From an uncultured Deinococcales bacterium (GTDB taxonomy: Bacteria; Deinococcota; Deinococci; Deinococcales; JAAFIG01), in contig CAXTTL010000032.1 in the NCBI GenBank assembly GCA_964247135.1, positions 1-28,641 of the forward strand: a DNA stretch of 28,641 nt, given 5' to 3'. The position numbers were made by a program, and so were the translations under genes. The notes under the pieces are model-generated. The model had not been told where the DNA came from and did not search any database. It saw nothing but the letters and a program-made list of their open reading frames with translations. Shown one piece after another: positions 1 to 9,466 of the stretch (position 1 is the first letter of the stretch; each line of letters begins with the position of its first letter).

Positions 1-328
1 GGTGTTGGGCGCGGAGTATGTGCGCGCCGCCCGCAGCAGGGGCCTCGGCGCCTTCCGCGTCGCCGGCGTGCTCGCCTTCCGCAATGCGCTGATCCCGGTG
101 GTGACCGTGATCGGCTTGCAGGTCGGCACGTTGCTGGGCGGTGCGATCATCATCGAAGAGATTTTTGGACTGCCCGGCATCGGACGTTTTGCGCTCGAGG
201 GGATCAACTTGCGCGATTACCCGGTCGTTCAGGGCGCGGTGTTGGTCGTCGCGGGGGCATTCGTGCTCGTGAACGTTCTGGTGGACGTGCTCTATGCCCT
301 GATCGACCCGCGCATGAGGTACGACTGA
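1..328 (+). CDS. Peptide/nickel ABC transporter permease (DppB/OppB-like), 5'-truncated by the window edge
   Basis: EAA-loop region 'EYVRAARSRGL...FRNALIPVVT', 'IEEIFGLPGIG', 'RDYPVVQG' and C-terminal 'YALIDPR'. The TGA stop overlaps the next ATG (TGATG at 326-330). Confidence 0.93.
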   Translation, partial: VLGAEYVRAARSRGLGAFRVAGVLAFRNALIPVVTVIGLQVGTLLGGAIIIEEIFGLPGIGRFALEGINLRDYPVVQGAVLVVAGAFVLVNVLVDVLYALIDPRMRYD

Positions 329-1203
329 TGGCATTGATCTTAGAAAACCCGCGCAGTGAACCTCGAGCCAGCCGTGCTTTTTGGCGCGGTTTTATGGCTT
401 CGCCGAGCGCCGTGACGGGCTTGGTGTTGGTTGCGTTGGTGGTTGCCGCCGCCATTTTTGCGCCGCTGGTCGCGCCGTTTGATCCCGTCAAGTACAACCC
501 GATTGATCGCCTGCAAGGACCCAGCCTCAGGCACATTTTGGGCACAGATTTGTATGGGCGCGACACCTTCTCGAGGGTGATTTTTGGCGCTCGAATTTCA
601 CTCTCGGTCAGTGCGCTTGCCGTGACGATGGCGCTCATCGTCGGCGGAGGTTTGGGGGCACTCAGCGGCTTTAGATTGGGTTGGTTTGACACGCTGGTGA
701 TGCGGTTGACCGATGTGTTGCTGGCATTCCCCGCAATCTTGCTGGCAATTGCGCTGCTGGCTTTTCTTGGCGGAGGATTCTGGAACCTCACGCTTGCCAT
801 TGCCATCGTCTATTCTGCGCCGTTCGCTCGAGTCGCGCGTGCCGCCGTGCTGCGCGTGCGCGAGGATGCGTTTGTCGAGGCGAGCCGAGCGCTTGGCGCG
901 TCGAACCCTCGAGTCTTGTGGCGGCACATCTTGCCAAACGCCTTTGCGCCGATGTTGATCGAAGTGACCTTGCGATTGGCTTATGCCATCCTCTCGGAAG
1001 CCAGCTTGAGCTATCTGGGACTCGGCACGCCGCCGCCAGCACCAGCCTGGGGGCAGATGATCGCCGATGGAAGACGCACGCTCGAGCTTGCCCCGTGGGC
1101 GTCGATTGGACCTGGTTTGGCGATCATGATTACGGTGTTGGGCTTTAATCTGTTGGGCGACGGTCTGCGCGATGTGCTCGATCCGCGTTTGCGCAAACGC
1201 TGA
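328..1203 (+). CDS. Peptide/nickel ABC transporter permease (DppC/OppC-like)
   Basis: Motifs 'HILGTDLYGRD', 'FVEASRALGAS...RHILPN', 'EASLSYLGLG' and 'FNLLGDGLRDVLDPR'. Confidence 0.95.
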   Translation: MALILENPRSEPRASRAFWRGFMASPSAVTGLVLVALVVAAAIFAPLVAPFDPVKYNPIDRLQGPSLRHILGTDLYGRDTFSRVIFGARISLSVSALAVTMALIVGGGLGALSGFRLGWFDTLVMRLTDVLLAFPAILLAIALLAFLGGGFWNLTLAIAIVYSAPFARVARAAVLRVREDAFVEASRALGASNPRVLWRHILPNAFAPMLIEVTLRLAYAILSEASLSYLGLGTPPPAPAWGQMIADGRRTLELAPWASIGPGLAIMITVLGFNLLGDGLRDVLDPRLRKR

Positions 1204-1344
1204 CAGCTCAAAGTCGCTCGAGCTTCAAACTACGATTTTTAGACGCAACCTGATTTCAATTCTCGAGCCGCCATTCGCCAATGACTTGATTGAAGCAATC
1301 GTGGTAAAAGTAAAGCGCACTAAATTATTGCAGGGCAGGTAACT

Positions 1345-1351
1345 AAGGAGG
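1345..1351 (+). promoter_or_regulatory. Shine-Dalgarno site of the substrate-binding protein gene
   Basis: AAGGAGG 6 nt upstream of ATG 1358. Confidence 0.85.
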
Positions 1352-1357
1352 AATCGT

Positions 1358-2893
1358 ATGAACAGATTTCGCTGGCTAAGCCCCCTCATCGTGGTCGTGT
1401 CACTCGGAGCCATTCTCTCAAGCGGGGTCATGACGCAAAAGTACGGCAACATCTTGCGGGCGGGAATGCAGACCGATCCCGTCGGACTTGACCCGCACGT
1501 GACCGAAGCCACCTCGACCCGAAATCAACTCGAGAATGTCTACGACACCCTGGTCAAATTTGATTCCAAGGGCAAGATCGGACCGTCTTTGGCGCGAAGC
1601 TGGCGGGTCAGCAAAGATGCCAAAACCTGGACGTTTGCCCTGCGGACGGGCGTGAAGTTTCACAACGGACGGACGTTCGTGGCGAGCGATGTGGTCTACT
1701 CGATCAACCGCATCAAAGACCCGAGCGTCAAATCACCTCGAGCCGAAGATTTCGCGGTGGTCGATTCGATTACGGCGACCAACAACAACACGGTGGTCAT
1801 GAAACTGCAAAAACCGTTCGCGCCTTTGCTGGCGAAACTTGCGCAAAGCTTGAACGTGATTGTCCCCAAAGAGGCAATCGCCACCATCAATTCCAAGCCC
1901 GTCGGCACGGGACCGTTTATGTTTGTCGAATACGTTCCAAGCACCCGCATGGTGCTGAAAAAGAACCCTGACTACTGGGAAAAAGATGCCAAAGGCAACA
2001 AACTGCCCTACCTGGACGGCATCACCTATTCGTACCTGCCAGACCCGACCGCCCGAACCACCGCCCTGCGCACAGGTCAGGTTGACTGGATCGAGTACGT
2101 GCCAGCCGCCGATGTCGCCACCTTGCGCAAAGACGCGTCGCTGCAAATTGTCGGTGGCTTGTCCTCAAATTTTCGCGCCATGTACTTAAACGTCAAACAA
2201 AAACCGCTCGATGATGTGCGGGTGCGCCAAGCCATCGCTTACGCCATCGACCCGCAAGAGGTCGTCGATGTCGCGCTGTTCGGTACGGGCGGCGTGGCAG
2301 CAAAAGGCACAACCATTCCGGCTGGTAATTTTTATGCGTACACCAAAAGTCCTTACGGCACGGTTAACATCGAAAAATCCAAAGCCCTTTTAAAAGAGGC
2401 GGGATTGCCGAACGGCTTTACCCTGGATTTAAAAGTCACCAGCACCTACGACTTTTTGCGCACCCCAGCCGAGGTGATTCAGGCGCAACTCGAGAAGGTC
2501 GGGATCAAAGTCAACATTCAAGCCGAGGAGTGGAGCGTCTACCTGCCCAATTTCTTGAAAGCCAATTACATGTCCACCGTGATTGGAAGCTCAGGATTGA
2601 GCGACCCAGACGATTACTTGTACAACACTTTTAATACCGATTCGGGCGGCAAGTACAACAACTTCTCCGATCCCGAAATCGATAAATTGCTCGATCAGGG
2701 GCGATTGGTTGCCGATCAGAACAAGCGCAAAGTGATTTACGATCAAGTCCAAGCTCGAATCTTGCAACTCGTTCCGATGGTGTTCTTGTTCCACTCGGCG
2801 CAGTACGAGGGTCTGGGCAAGAACGTGAGGGGTTTTGAACACTTCCCCAACACCTCGTACCTTGGATTCCGCACGACCTGGCTCGAGCCTTAA
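1358..2893 (+). CDS. ABC transporter substrate-binding protein, family 5 (DppA/OppA-like)
   Basis: Signal peptide; motifs 'LDPH', 'YDTLV', 'LARSW', 'LRTGVKFHNG', 'PVGTGPF' and 'VRVRQAIAYAID'. Confidence 0.95.
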   Translation: MNRFRWLSPLIVVVSLGAILSSGVMTQKYGNILRAGMQTDPVGLDPHVTEATSTRNQLENVYDTLVKFDSKGKIGPSLARSWRVSKDAKTWTFALRTGVKFHNGRTFVASDVVYSINRIKDPSVKSPRAEDFAVVDSITATNNNTVVMKLQKPFAPLLAKLAQSLNVIVPKEAIATINSKPVGTGPFMFVEYVPSTRMVLKKNPDYWEKDAKGNKLPYLDGITYSYLPDPTARTTALRTGQVDWIEYVPAADVATLRKDASLQIVGGLSSNFRAMYLNVKQKPLDDVRVRQAIAYAIDPQEVVDVALFGTGGVAAKGTTIPAGNFYAYTKSPYGTVNIEKSKALLKEAGLPNGFTLDLKVTSTYDFLRTPAEVIQAQLEKVGIKVNIQAEEWSVYLPNFLKANYMSTVIGSSGLSDPDDYLYNTFNTDSGGKYNNFSDPEIDKLLDQGRLVADQNKRKVIYDQVQARILQLVPMVFLFHSAQYEGLGKNVRGFEHFPNTSYLGFRTTWLEP

Positions 2894-2914
2894 ATTTCAA
2901 GTTGTTCGTTGTGG

Positions 2915-2951
2915 TGCTGTCTCGAGTTCTTGAGGCAGCATTGTTTTGTTT
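2915..2951 (+). terminator. Rho-independent terminator after the SBP gene
   Basis: Stem TGCTGTCTCGAG/CTTGAGGCAGCA (two G-U pairs) followed by TTGTTTTGTTT. Confidence 0.65.
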
Positions 2952-2977
2952 CACGGGTTGATCCCGCCATCAATACC

Positions 2978-3013
2978 AAACCGTCTCGAGCTTGCTTGGC
3001 TTCGAGACGGTTT
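2978..3013. terminator. Hairpin between convergent genes, probable terminator
   Basis: Perfect 12-bp inverted repeat AAACCGTCTCGA (2978-2989) / TCGAGACGGTTT (3002-3013). Confidence 0.6.
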
Positions 3014-3061
3014 CAAAGCATTTATTGTGGTTGCTCGAGGCAGACAACCCCGAGTCAAAAC

Positions 3062-5065
3062 TTATTTGCTGATTTCATCCCAGAGCACATCAGGAATGGT
3101 GACCACATTGTCCGGCGGCAAGTCGGTAAAAATCCCGTAACTGATCGTGTACGTCCCAGGCACAACCCGCCCAAGGTTAAACGTGTTGCCCTCGAGCTTC
3201 CAATTGACGGCGGTGGTCAGGTTGTTGACCAAGCCTTGCACGACTGGGTTTGGACGCCGCACGGCTGGACTCGAGCCGCCGGATGGCAGTTGATCGACGA
3301 TCCGCAGGTTTTCAACAATCCGTTCCACGGTCACGGTCAGGTTGACCACATAACCCAGATTGTCCTGCGAGAAACTCTTTTGCACGCGCACAGCGCCCTT
3401 GTTGACATCGGTCACCCGAGCCACGGTCACACCGGCTGGCGGCAAGACGCGCACCGAGCCGTCCACGCTCAAACCAACCGGATCAAGGTTGGCGGTGACC
3501 GTACCCGAACTGCACACCCGAGCCGGAATTTGAAGGCTGGCTGGTTTTCCAGCCTGCATCTCGCTTGAACCCTCGAGCACGTTGGCGCTGCTGATACCGG
3601 TGGGCAATTTGAGTGACAGGGTGACTGGAATTGGGTACGGGAAATCGCTGGTGGCTGTGGCGGTCAGTAAGGTTTGCGCACAGGGCGCGACCACATTCGG
3701 GGCAACCTCGAGTTTGAGGTTGGTGAACACGCGATACTCGATGGTGACCTTGGTGGTCTGATTGTCAACCACGGTGCCGCTGCCAGGTGCGGTGACAGAG
3801 CCAGGCAAGGGAGTTGGCGTGACCGGATAATCGTTGGGCGATAACGGCAAAGTCACTGGAGTCTTAAGGGTTAAACCTGCCACTTTGACTGGAATTCCCT
3901 CGAGTGGAACGCGTTTTTTGCCAATCAATGCCACGGTTTCGACGACCAACGTTCCCAAAATTTGCCGCGCCACAAAACGAACGTGACCCGCCCCAGGCGA
4001 GATTCTGACCTGGGTGGGGGAGACGACCGTGCCGCCGCCCGAAAGGATGCTGGCGCTGACTGGAACATAGCCTTTGGGCAAGGTTGGACCCGTTTGACGT
4101 TCGTCATCGCCCTCCAACGTATAGCCAGCCCCAGGAATCACCCGTCCGTTTTGATCGACCACTTCGACGATCAAAGGCTCGAGTAGTTTGGCTTCCGGCG
4201 GCGCGATAAAGGCGGGCAGGTCGGCATAGACTGGCTCGTTACCGGCACGCAATTTAAAATTAAATGCGTTCGAGTATTGTTTGGTGGTCGCCACAATTCG
4301 CGCCAAGATTGTCCACTCGCCCACCAGATTGCTGGTGATCTGAAAAGAATCGGTGGCATTTTTATTGTTCTCCGACGAGGTGAGTTTGCGCCTGACCCCA
4401 TCTGGTGAAACCACGAACAGCTCGAGTTCGGTGATGCCGTCGGCGTCATAATTGGTCAAATCAAAACGCTTACCGACCAGGGAATCTGGAATCCGAACTT
4501 TCGCCGCCAGCAAATCTGTGCCAGGAATACCCCTGGCATTGACCGTAAACTGTGCGGCTTGCACGCTGTAAGGCGGCGAAACCCGTACCGCGAAGGCATT
4601 TTTGCCCTGTCCGGTCGAGGCAATCTTGAGGTTGTACGTGCCAGCCGCAGGGGCAGCGCCGATCAATCGTTCCCACAAGTGCTTCTGGGTGGTGTTGTAC
4701 TTTCGCTCGAGCACTTTTGCGCCGTTGCTGCCCGTCAAACTGAAGGTGGTCGAAAACGGCAGGTTTTTGCCGTAAATCTCGTCGCCGTAATAGCCGTTGG
4801 CGGCGCGACCGTTGACGTAATCGTTTAAATTCAAGCCTGGGCTGTAAACCTCGAGGTTTAGCGGTGCGTCAACGCCTTGTGGCACAACAATTCGGTAATC
4901 TTCGGTCGGGGTCGCCCACGTAAAATCTGAGCCGACACTCGCCATCGGCAGACCGCCACCCGCCTGCGCCAGGGCGCCACCTGCACCGAGCAATAGCGTG
5001 GTGAGAATGCCCGTGGTGGTTCGGTTAAGACTCGAGCGCCAGTGGTTCAAAAAGTTTCGTTTCAT
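3062..5065 (-). CDS. Secreted beta-rich hypothetical protein, probably cell-envelope associated (resembles Deinococcus DUF11-type proteins)
   Basis: 667-aa ORF with a signal peptide ending 'GALA-Q', an N-terminal 'LEVYSP...YYGDEIY' segment and V/T/P/G-rich Ig-like repeats. Family resemblance is from memory only. Confidence 0.6.
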   Translation of the reverse strand: MKRNFLNHWRSSLNRTTTGILTTLLLGAGGALAQAGGGLPMASVGSDFTWATPTEDYRIVVPQGVDAPLNLEVYSPGLNLNDYVNGRAANGYYGDEIYGKNLPFSTTFSLTGSNGAKVLERKYNTTQKHLWERLIGAAPAAGTYNLKIASTGQGKNAFAVRVSPPYSVQAAQFTVNARGIPGTDLLAAKVRIPDSLVGKRFDLTNYDADGITELELFVVSPDGVRRKLTSSENNKNATDSFQITSNLVGEWTILARIVATTKQYSNAFNFKLRAGNEPVYADLPAFIAPPEAKLLEPLIVEVVDQNGRVIPGAGYTLEGDDERQTGPTLPKGYVPVSASILSGGGTVVSPTQVRISPGAGHVRFVARQILGTLVVETVALIGKKRVPLEGIPVKVAGLTLKTPVTLPLSPNDYPVTPTPLPGSVTAPGSGTVVDNQTTKVTIEYRVFTNLKLEVAPNVVAPCAQTLLTATATSDFPYPIPVTLSLKLPTGISSANVLEGSSEMQAGKPASLQIPARVCSSGTVTANLDPVGLSVDGSVRVLPPAGVTVARVTDVNKGAVRVQKSFSQDNLGYVVNLTVTVERIVENLRIVDQLPSGGSSPAVRRPNPVVQGLVNNLTTAVNWKLEGNTFNLGRVVPGTYTISYGIFTDLPPDNVVTIPDVLWDEISK

Positions 5066-5168
5066 CCGCCTTTAGTTTAGCGAATTTGCTGGGTGAATGT
5101 ATATCCTTAAATAATGTGGGTGGTCAAAGTATTGCCCTGAAATCGTGTTGACGGGTTAAACTCTTGTC

Positions 5169-5771
5169 ATGGCAATCAATTATCCTCTGAAAGCAACGTT
5201 CAAACTGATGGCACTTTCACCAGAAGTCCAGGTTCAAGACGCCCTTGGGGCTGTGCTGATGCAGGTCAAACAGAAATTGTTTACCCTAAAAGAGGACACC
5301 ACCATTTTTGCCGACGAGCAAAAAACCGTGCCTTTGTACAAAATGAAGGCAGACCGCGTGATCGGATTTCGTGCCGTGCACAACATCACCCGCGTCAATG
5401 ACAACGCCAAAATTGGGGCGGTCAAAGCCGACGGTATGCGCTCGATCTGGCGTGCGCGTTACACCGTGACTGACGCCAACGACAAAACCATTTTTAACAT
5501 TAAAGAGGAAAATCCCTGGATTAAAGTCATCGATGCTGTGTTGTGCGAAATTGATTTGATCGGACCGTTTATTGCCATGTTCATCAACCCACGCTATTTG
5601 CTCTCAGACGAAAATGGCGTTTTGCGTTACATCATCGCCAAGAAACGCAGTTTTTTCGGGCGAAATTTTACGCTCGAGCAAGTCAGCAAAGAAGAAAACG
5701 ATCAATACGACGAACGTCTGATTGCGCTGGCATTGATTCAAACCATTTTTCTCGAGCATCGACGCGGTTAA
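5169..5771 (+). CDS. LURP-one/scramblase-like (Tubby C-like) hypothetical protein
   Basis: 'VKQKLFTLKE', 'GMRSIWRARY' and 'IKEENPW' in a repeated beta-hairpin pattern; -10-like TAAACT 6 nt before the ATG. Confidence 0.6.
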   Translation: MAINYPLKATFKLMALSPEVQVQDALGAVLMQVKQKLFTLKEDTTIFADEQKTVPLYKMKADRVIGFRAVHNITRVNDNAKIGAVKADGMRSIWRARYTVTDANDKTIFNIKEENPWIKVIDAVLCEIDLIGPFIAMFINPRYLLSDENGVLRYIIAKKRSFFGRNFTLEQVSKEENDQYDERLIALALIQTIFLEHRRG

Positions 5772-5788
5772 GGTTCTTGATCAAATTT

Positions 5789-5819
5789 AACCCGCGCATG
5801 TTGCTCGCGCGGGTTTTTT
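5789..5819. terminator. Terminator between convergent genes
   Basis: Inverted repeat AACCCGCGC (5789-5797) / GCGCGGGTT (5807-5815) followed by a T run. Confidence 0.75.
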
Positions 5820-6555
5820 ATTGTGGCAGCAATTCATTTAAAAAATACGGCAATTGCTTGCGCCACCAAACCCAATCGTGATTGACGTCCTGCCCCCAGA
5901 ATTCCACCCGCGCCGGAATGCCCTTACGCTCGAGCAGCGATTGCATGGCTTTGGTATCCCGAATCATGGCGTCCTCAAATGCGCCCCGTCCCGTGCAAAA
6001 AACAATCCTCGAGTTTCGGTAACGGTTTAAAATCTGTTCGTCGTTCATGTGCTCGAGATACCACAACGGCGCATTAAAGTACGCGGCTTCGCCGCCCGCA
6101 TCGCCGACAAAATCGTGCGGTTGGTACAAGCCCGACAGCGCGATCACGCCGTCAAAAGCCTCGGTGTGTTTGAAGAAAAAATTGCTGGCATGAAACGCGC
6201 CCATGCTGCAACCGGTCGTCCACATGGTTTTCAAACCCGTGTTGTTTTGCACCCAAGGCACGATCTCTTGCATGATGTGACGGTCATAGTCTTCATGACG
6301 CCGTGCGCGGTCGGCTGGATGCGCACCTTGATTGGTCCACGATTGCCAATCGATGCCGTCCACCGCAATGATTTTCACCCGACCCGCGTCGATCAAACCA
6401 GCACTTGCCTCGATCATGCCGAAATTCTCGAAATCGTAGTATCGCCCTTCCTGGGCGGGAAACGCCAGCACAGGCTGACCGTAATGCCCGTACACTTTGA
6501 AGCTCATGTCGTGACCCAAAGCGCTCGAGAACCAATTGTGGTATTCAACGTGCAT
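5818..6555 (-). CDS. Putative esterase (alpha/beta hydrolase)
   Basis: Nucleophile elbow GCSMG, 'YGHYGQPVLAFP' and C-terminal 'HDWVWWRKQL'. Confidence 0.85.
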   Translation of the reverse strand: MHVEYHNWFSSALGHDMSFKVYGHYGQPVLAFPAQEGRYYDFENFGMIEASAGLIDAGRVKIIAVDGIDWQSWTNQGAHPADRARRHEDYDRHIMQEIVPWVQNNTGLKTMWTTGCSMGAFHASNFFFKHTEAFDGVIALSGLYQPHDFVGDAGGEAAYFNAPLWYLEHMNDEQILNRYRNSRIVFCTGRGAFEDAMIRDTKAMQSLLERKGIPARVEFWGQDVNHDWVWWRKQLPYFLNELLPQ

Positions 6556-6673
6556 AAAAGATCATAAGCGATTCTCGAAGTTGGTGATAGGGCATCAGGC
6601 TCGAGCACTGTCCTCACCACAACTTCAAATGCTACAAATTCTTCAAGCGTTCTGATCAATGATTATTGAACGT

Positions 6674-7093
6674 TTACAGTTTTGTTTCTAAAACCAATCC
6701 ACTGTTTCGTTTCTCGAGTCGTATCGTCACGTCAAACTCGAGTTCATGCGCCACCCGCACAAAACTCCCAACTTCCAAATTCGTGTCCGCCGCCTCGAGC
6801 TTGCGCAACCTTGCGTGGTTCATACTGAGACGTTTCGCTGTTGCCCGTCCGCTCAAGTTCGTTTGCAACCTGGCTTGCTCGAGCAAGGCGCCCATGCGTC
6901 GTCGGGTCACTTCATTGTCGATGGTTTCACGCAGTTGTGCCAGGCTGATTTCAGGGTTTGAAGCTGCTGTTTGAGTCGTGAAAATGGGTTCACTTTCAGC
7001 CAAGGCTTGCTCGAGTTCAGCTTGTTGTGCTGGACTCAATTGCTCGAGATTCCGAAGTTTCACGCCGTTTACGGTTGTGGTTTTGCTTTTCAT
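6674..7093 (-). CDS. XRE-like HTH protein, putative antitoxin
   Basis: 'LEQARLQTNLSGRATAKRLSMNHARLRKLE...NLEVGSFVRVAHEL' is XRE-HTH-like. Its ATG overlaps the stop of the upstream gene (ATGA). Confidence 0.75.
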   Translation of the reverse strand: MKSKTTTVNGVKLRNLEQLSPAQQAELEQALAESEPIFTTQTAASNPEISLAQLRETIDNEVTRRRMGALLEQARLQTNLSGRATAKRLSMNHARLRKLEAADTNLEVGSFVRVAHELEFDVTIRLEKRNSGLVLETKL

Positions 7094-7491
7094 GATTCAT
7101 CCTTGCCTTCTGGTTTGAAGAGTTCTTGCTTGTTTTGAAATGCCCGAATGATTTCCAAGGTTTTGTGCAGCAGGATTGCGTTTGCGTCGTTACCTGTTTT
7201 GCATTCTGGGTAGCACAAGTAAAAAGTTTCAATGGCGGTTTGAAACAAGTACACCCTTGCGCCGCCTTTGTCACCACCTCGAGAGGCGGTTTTTAACTCG
7301 AGGAAAGGACCTTTCATTTTTTTGAGGTAACGGCTGTCTGAACCGTTGGTTTTGAGGTCTGCGATCATGTTGATGATTTGGGTCACGCACTGTTGGTGTT
7401 CTGTAAACTCGAGTTCGATCAAGTGTTCAATCAGGGGTGGGTGTTTGGCATTCAGGTGTTGCGGATGGAATGGGTATTGGATGATTGCCAT
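7090..7491 (-). CDS. RelE/ParE-superfamily (HigB-like) toxin
   Basis: 'YLKKMKGPFLELKT...GGARVYLF...FYL...K' fits the RelE fold. It lies upstream of and is coupled to an HTH gene. Start moved to ATG 7491 on promoter geometry. Confidence 0.7.
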   Translation of the reverse strand: MAIIQYPFHPQHLNAKHPPLIEHLIELEFTEHQQCVTQIINMIADLKTNGSDSRYLKKMKGPFLELKTASRGGDKGGARVYLFQTAIETFYLCYPECKTGNDANAILLHKTLEIIRAFQNKQELFKPEGKDES

Positions 7492-7526
7492 TTGGATACT
7501 TTGAAGTATCCAAATGTTTTTGTCAA
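7489..7526 (-). promoter_or_regulatory. TA promoter with overlapping palindromic operator
   Basis: Minus strand TTGACA-N17-CAAAGT-N6-ATG. A perfect 13-bp inverted repeat CATTTGGATACTT-TG-AAGTATCCAAATG (7489-7516) covers the -10 box and start codon. Confidence 0.75.
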
Positions 7527-7602
7527 CCCTCACCCCCAGCTTTGTCAGTACCACTTCCCTCGAAATTCCTGCCAGTCGCCCATCGCCAGCACAATCACAT
7601 CT

Positions 7603-7977
7603 TCAATCTCGAGCCAGCAGCAATTCCTTCAATGACTGCATTGCGCCTATTGCCCGAGGAAACCCCAAGTACGGAATCGCAAACAAAATCACTTCACGCA
7701 ATTCTTGTTCGCTCGCACCAGCGTTCAACGCCCCTTGCAAATGCGTTTTAATCTCGAGCGTGTTGCCCAAAGCCATCAACATGGCGGTTGCCAGAAATTC
7801 TTGGGTTTTGGTGTCCAAACCCGATTCTCGACTCGAGCGCTGGTAAATTTCGCCGTAAGCAAACTCGCGCACGTAGCGTTCCAAATCTGGGTCGAGGTGC
7901 GTCAAACGCCGTTCGATGGCGCGTTTGGCTTTTCCCCAGATGATGTCTCGAGGGTCTGGTGGAATCTTGTCACTCAT
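7603..7977 (-). CDS. Carboxymuconolactone decarboxylase (CMD/AhpD-like) family protein
   Basis: 'FAYGEIY.R..GLD.KT', 'HLQGALNAGAS..ELREV' and 'YLGFP'. Confidence 0.88.
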   Translation of the reverse strand: MSDKIPPDPRDIIWGKAKRAIERRLTHLDPDLERYVREFAYGEIYQRSSRESGLDTKTQEFLATAMLMALGNTLEIKTHLQGALNAGASEQELREVILFAIPYLGFPRAIGAMQSLKELLLARD

Positions 7978-8002
7978 GACTCGAGCCTAACAAGTGCGGG
8001 GC

Positions 8003-8041
8003 AAAATAAAAGTCTCGAGCGCAACATGTACGCTCGAGACT
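8003..8041 (-). terminator. Rho-independent terminator of glgC
   Basis: Perfect 11-bp inverted repeat AGTCTCGAGCG (8011-8021) / CGCTCGAGACT (8031-8041). The adjacent AAAATAAA reads as a U tract on the minus strand. Confidence 0.8.
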
Positions 8042-8054
8042 GCATCAACGGCAA

Positions 8055-9299
8055 TTATTTAAACTTGTAACTTTTGGGCACGACCACAATGCCAGATTCG
8101 GTAATCTTAAAACCTCGAGCGATATCGGCTTCATGGTCAACACCAATTTGGGTGCGCGATGGCACGGTCACGTCCTTGTCGATGATGGTGTTGCGAATTT
8201 CGCAGTGACGACCGATTTCAACTTCGTCAAACAAGACGCTTCTGTTGACGTTCGAGTACGAGTTGACCCTGGCGCGACGGAAGAGAATGCTTTCGCGCAC
8301 GGTGCTGCCCGAAATAATCACGCCGCCGGCAATCAAGGAATTGAAAGCTTGACCCGTGCGGTCGCCGCCCTCGTGGACAAATTTGGCGGGTGGACTGTCG
8401 GTGTTGACGGTGCGGATGGGCCATTCGGGATTGTAAAGGTCAAATTCTGGAACGGCGGAAACCAAGTCCATGCTGGCTTCGTGGTAGGCGTCCAGCGTCC
8501 CAACGTCTTTCCAGTAGGTGTTGGCTTTGTCGGTGCCCGGAATTGGGTTCTTGGCAAAATCGTAGGCTTGAATGTGATAACCGTCGCGCAAGGCGCGGGG
8601 CAAAACGTCCTTGCCGAAATCGTGGCTCGAGCCTGGGGTGCGGGCGTCGGCGTCGAGCAGTTCCTCGAGGGTTTTGCGGTTGAAAATATAATTGCCCATG
8701 CTGGCGAGCGCCATGTCTGGACGGTCTGGCATGGGGCTTGGGTTTTTGGGTTTTTCTTGGAATTCGATCACCCGACCACGGTTGTCGACCTGCAAGACCC
8801 CAAACCTCGAGGCTTCGGCGAGCGGCACCGGGAAGGCGGCAATTGAAATGTCGGCTCGAGCGTCCTCGTGTTGGTCGATGGTGTGCGCGACGTTCATTTT
8901 ATAAATGTGATCGCCCGAAAAAATGGCGACCAATTCGGTTTTGTGGTTGTCCACCAGGTGCATGTTCTGGTAAACGGCGTCGGCGGTGCCCCTGTACCAG
9001 ACCGCGCCAAGTTCTTCAAAGCGGTACTGCTGGGCTGGCACGAGGGTGATAAAGTAATCGCTCAAAAAACTGCCAAAGCGCCAGCCGCGTTGAATGTGCT
9101 CGGTCAGGGACTGGGCTTTAAATTGCGTCAGCACATAAATCGAGTAAATCCCAGAGTTGATGAAATTGTTGAGGGCAAAATCGATGATGCGGTATTTGGA
9201 ACCAAAAGGGACGGCGGGTTTAGAGCGCTTGGCGGTCAATGGTGCAAGGCGAGAGCCTTGTCCCCCTGCCAGAATCATTCCGAGGGTGCGGGTAGCCAT
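8055..9299 (-). CDS. glgC: Glucose-1-phosphate adenylyltransferase (ADP-glucose pyrophosphorylase)
   Basis: '[30 protein letters not shown]', 'WYRGTADAV', 'SGDHIYKM', 'FQEKP', 'ASMGNYIF', 'DFGKDV' and 'YWKDVGT'. SD AGGAGG upstream. Confidence 0.97.
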   Translation of the reverse strand: MATRTLGMILAGGQGSRLAPLTAKRSKPAVPFGSKYRIIDFALNNFINSGIYSIYVLTQFKAQSLTEHIQRGWRFGSFLSDYFITLVPAQQYRFEELGAVWYRGTADAVYQNMHLVDNHKTELVAIFSGDHIYKMNVAHTIDQHEDARADISIAAFPVPLAEASRFGVLQVDNRGRVIEFQEKPKNPSPMPDRPDMALASMGNYIFNRKTLEELLDADARTPGSSHDFGKDVLPRALRDGYHIQAYDFAKNPIPGTDKANTYWKDVGTLDAYHEASMDLVSAVPEFDLYNPEWPIRTVNTDSPPAKFVHEGGDRTGQAFNSLIAGGVIISGSTVRESILFRRARVNSYSNVNRSVLFDEVEIGRHCEIRNTIIDKDVTVPSRTQIGVDHEADIARGFKITESGIVVVPKSYKFK

Positions 9300-9466
9300 G
9301 AAAATTCCTCCTGATGATTTAGTATAACGCGACTTCGCAGGGCAGTGCGCAAGTTCTGGGAAAATACATTAAATTCGACCAGTTGAAGCCTCGAAACTCG
9401 AGGGTCTGGATTTGAAATGTTTTACACCTGCCAAAACGATCAGCAATTTGGCTCGGGTTTGAATTC

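Noticed and set aside
1-330. Higher GC at the window start (about 66% over the first 300 nt by hand count) as a sign of foreign DNA or a chimeric join
   Set aside because: The segment is short, encodes an Ala/Gly/Val-rich membrane protein and joins the next permease through a normal TGATG overlap. The evidence is insufficient.
6556-7602. TA module as part of a mobile element
   Set aside because: No transposase, integrase or flanking direct repeats were seen, and it carries the host CTCGAG signature.
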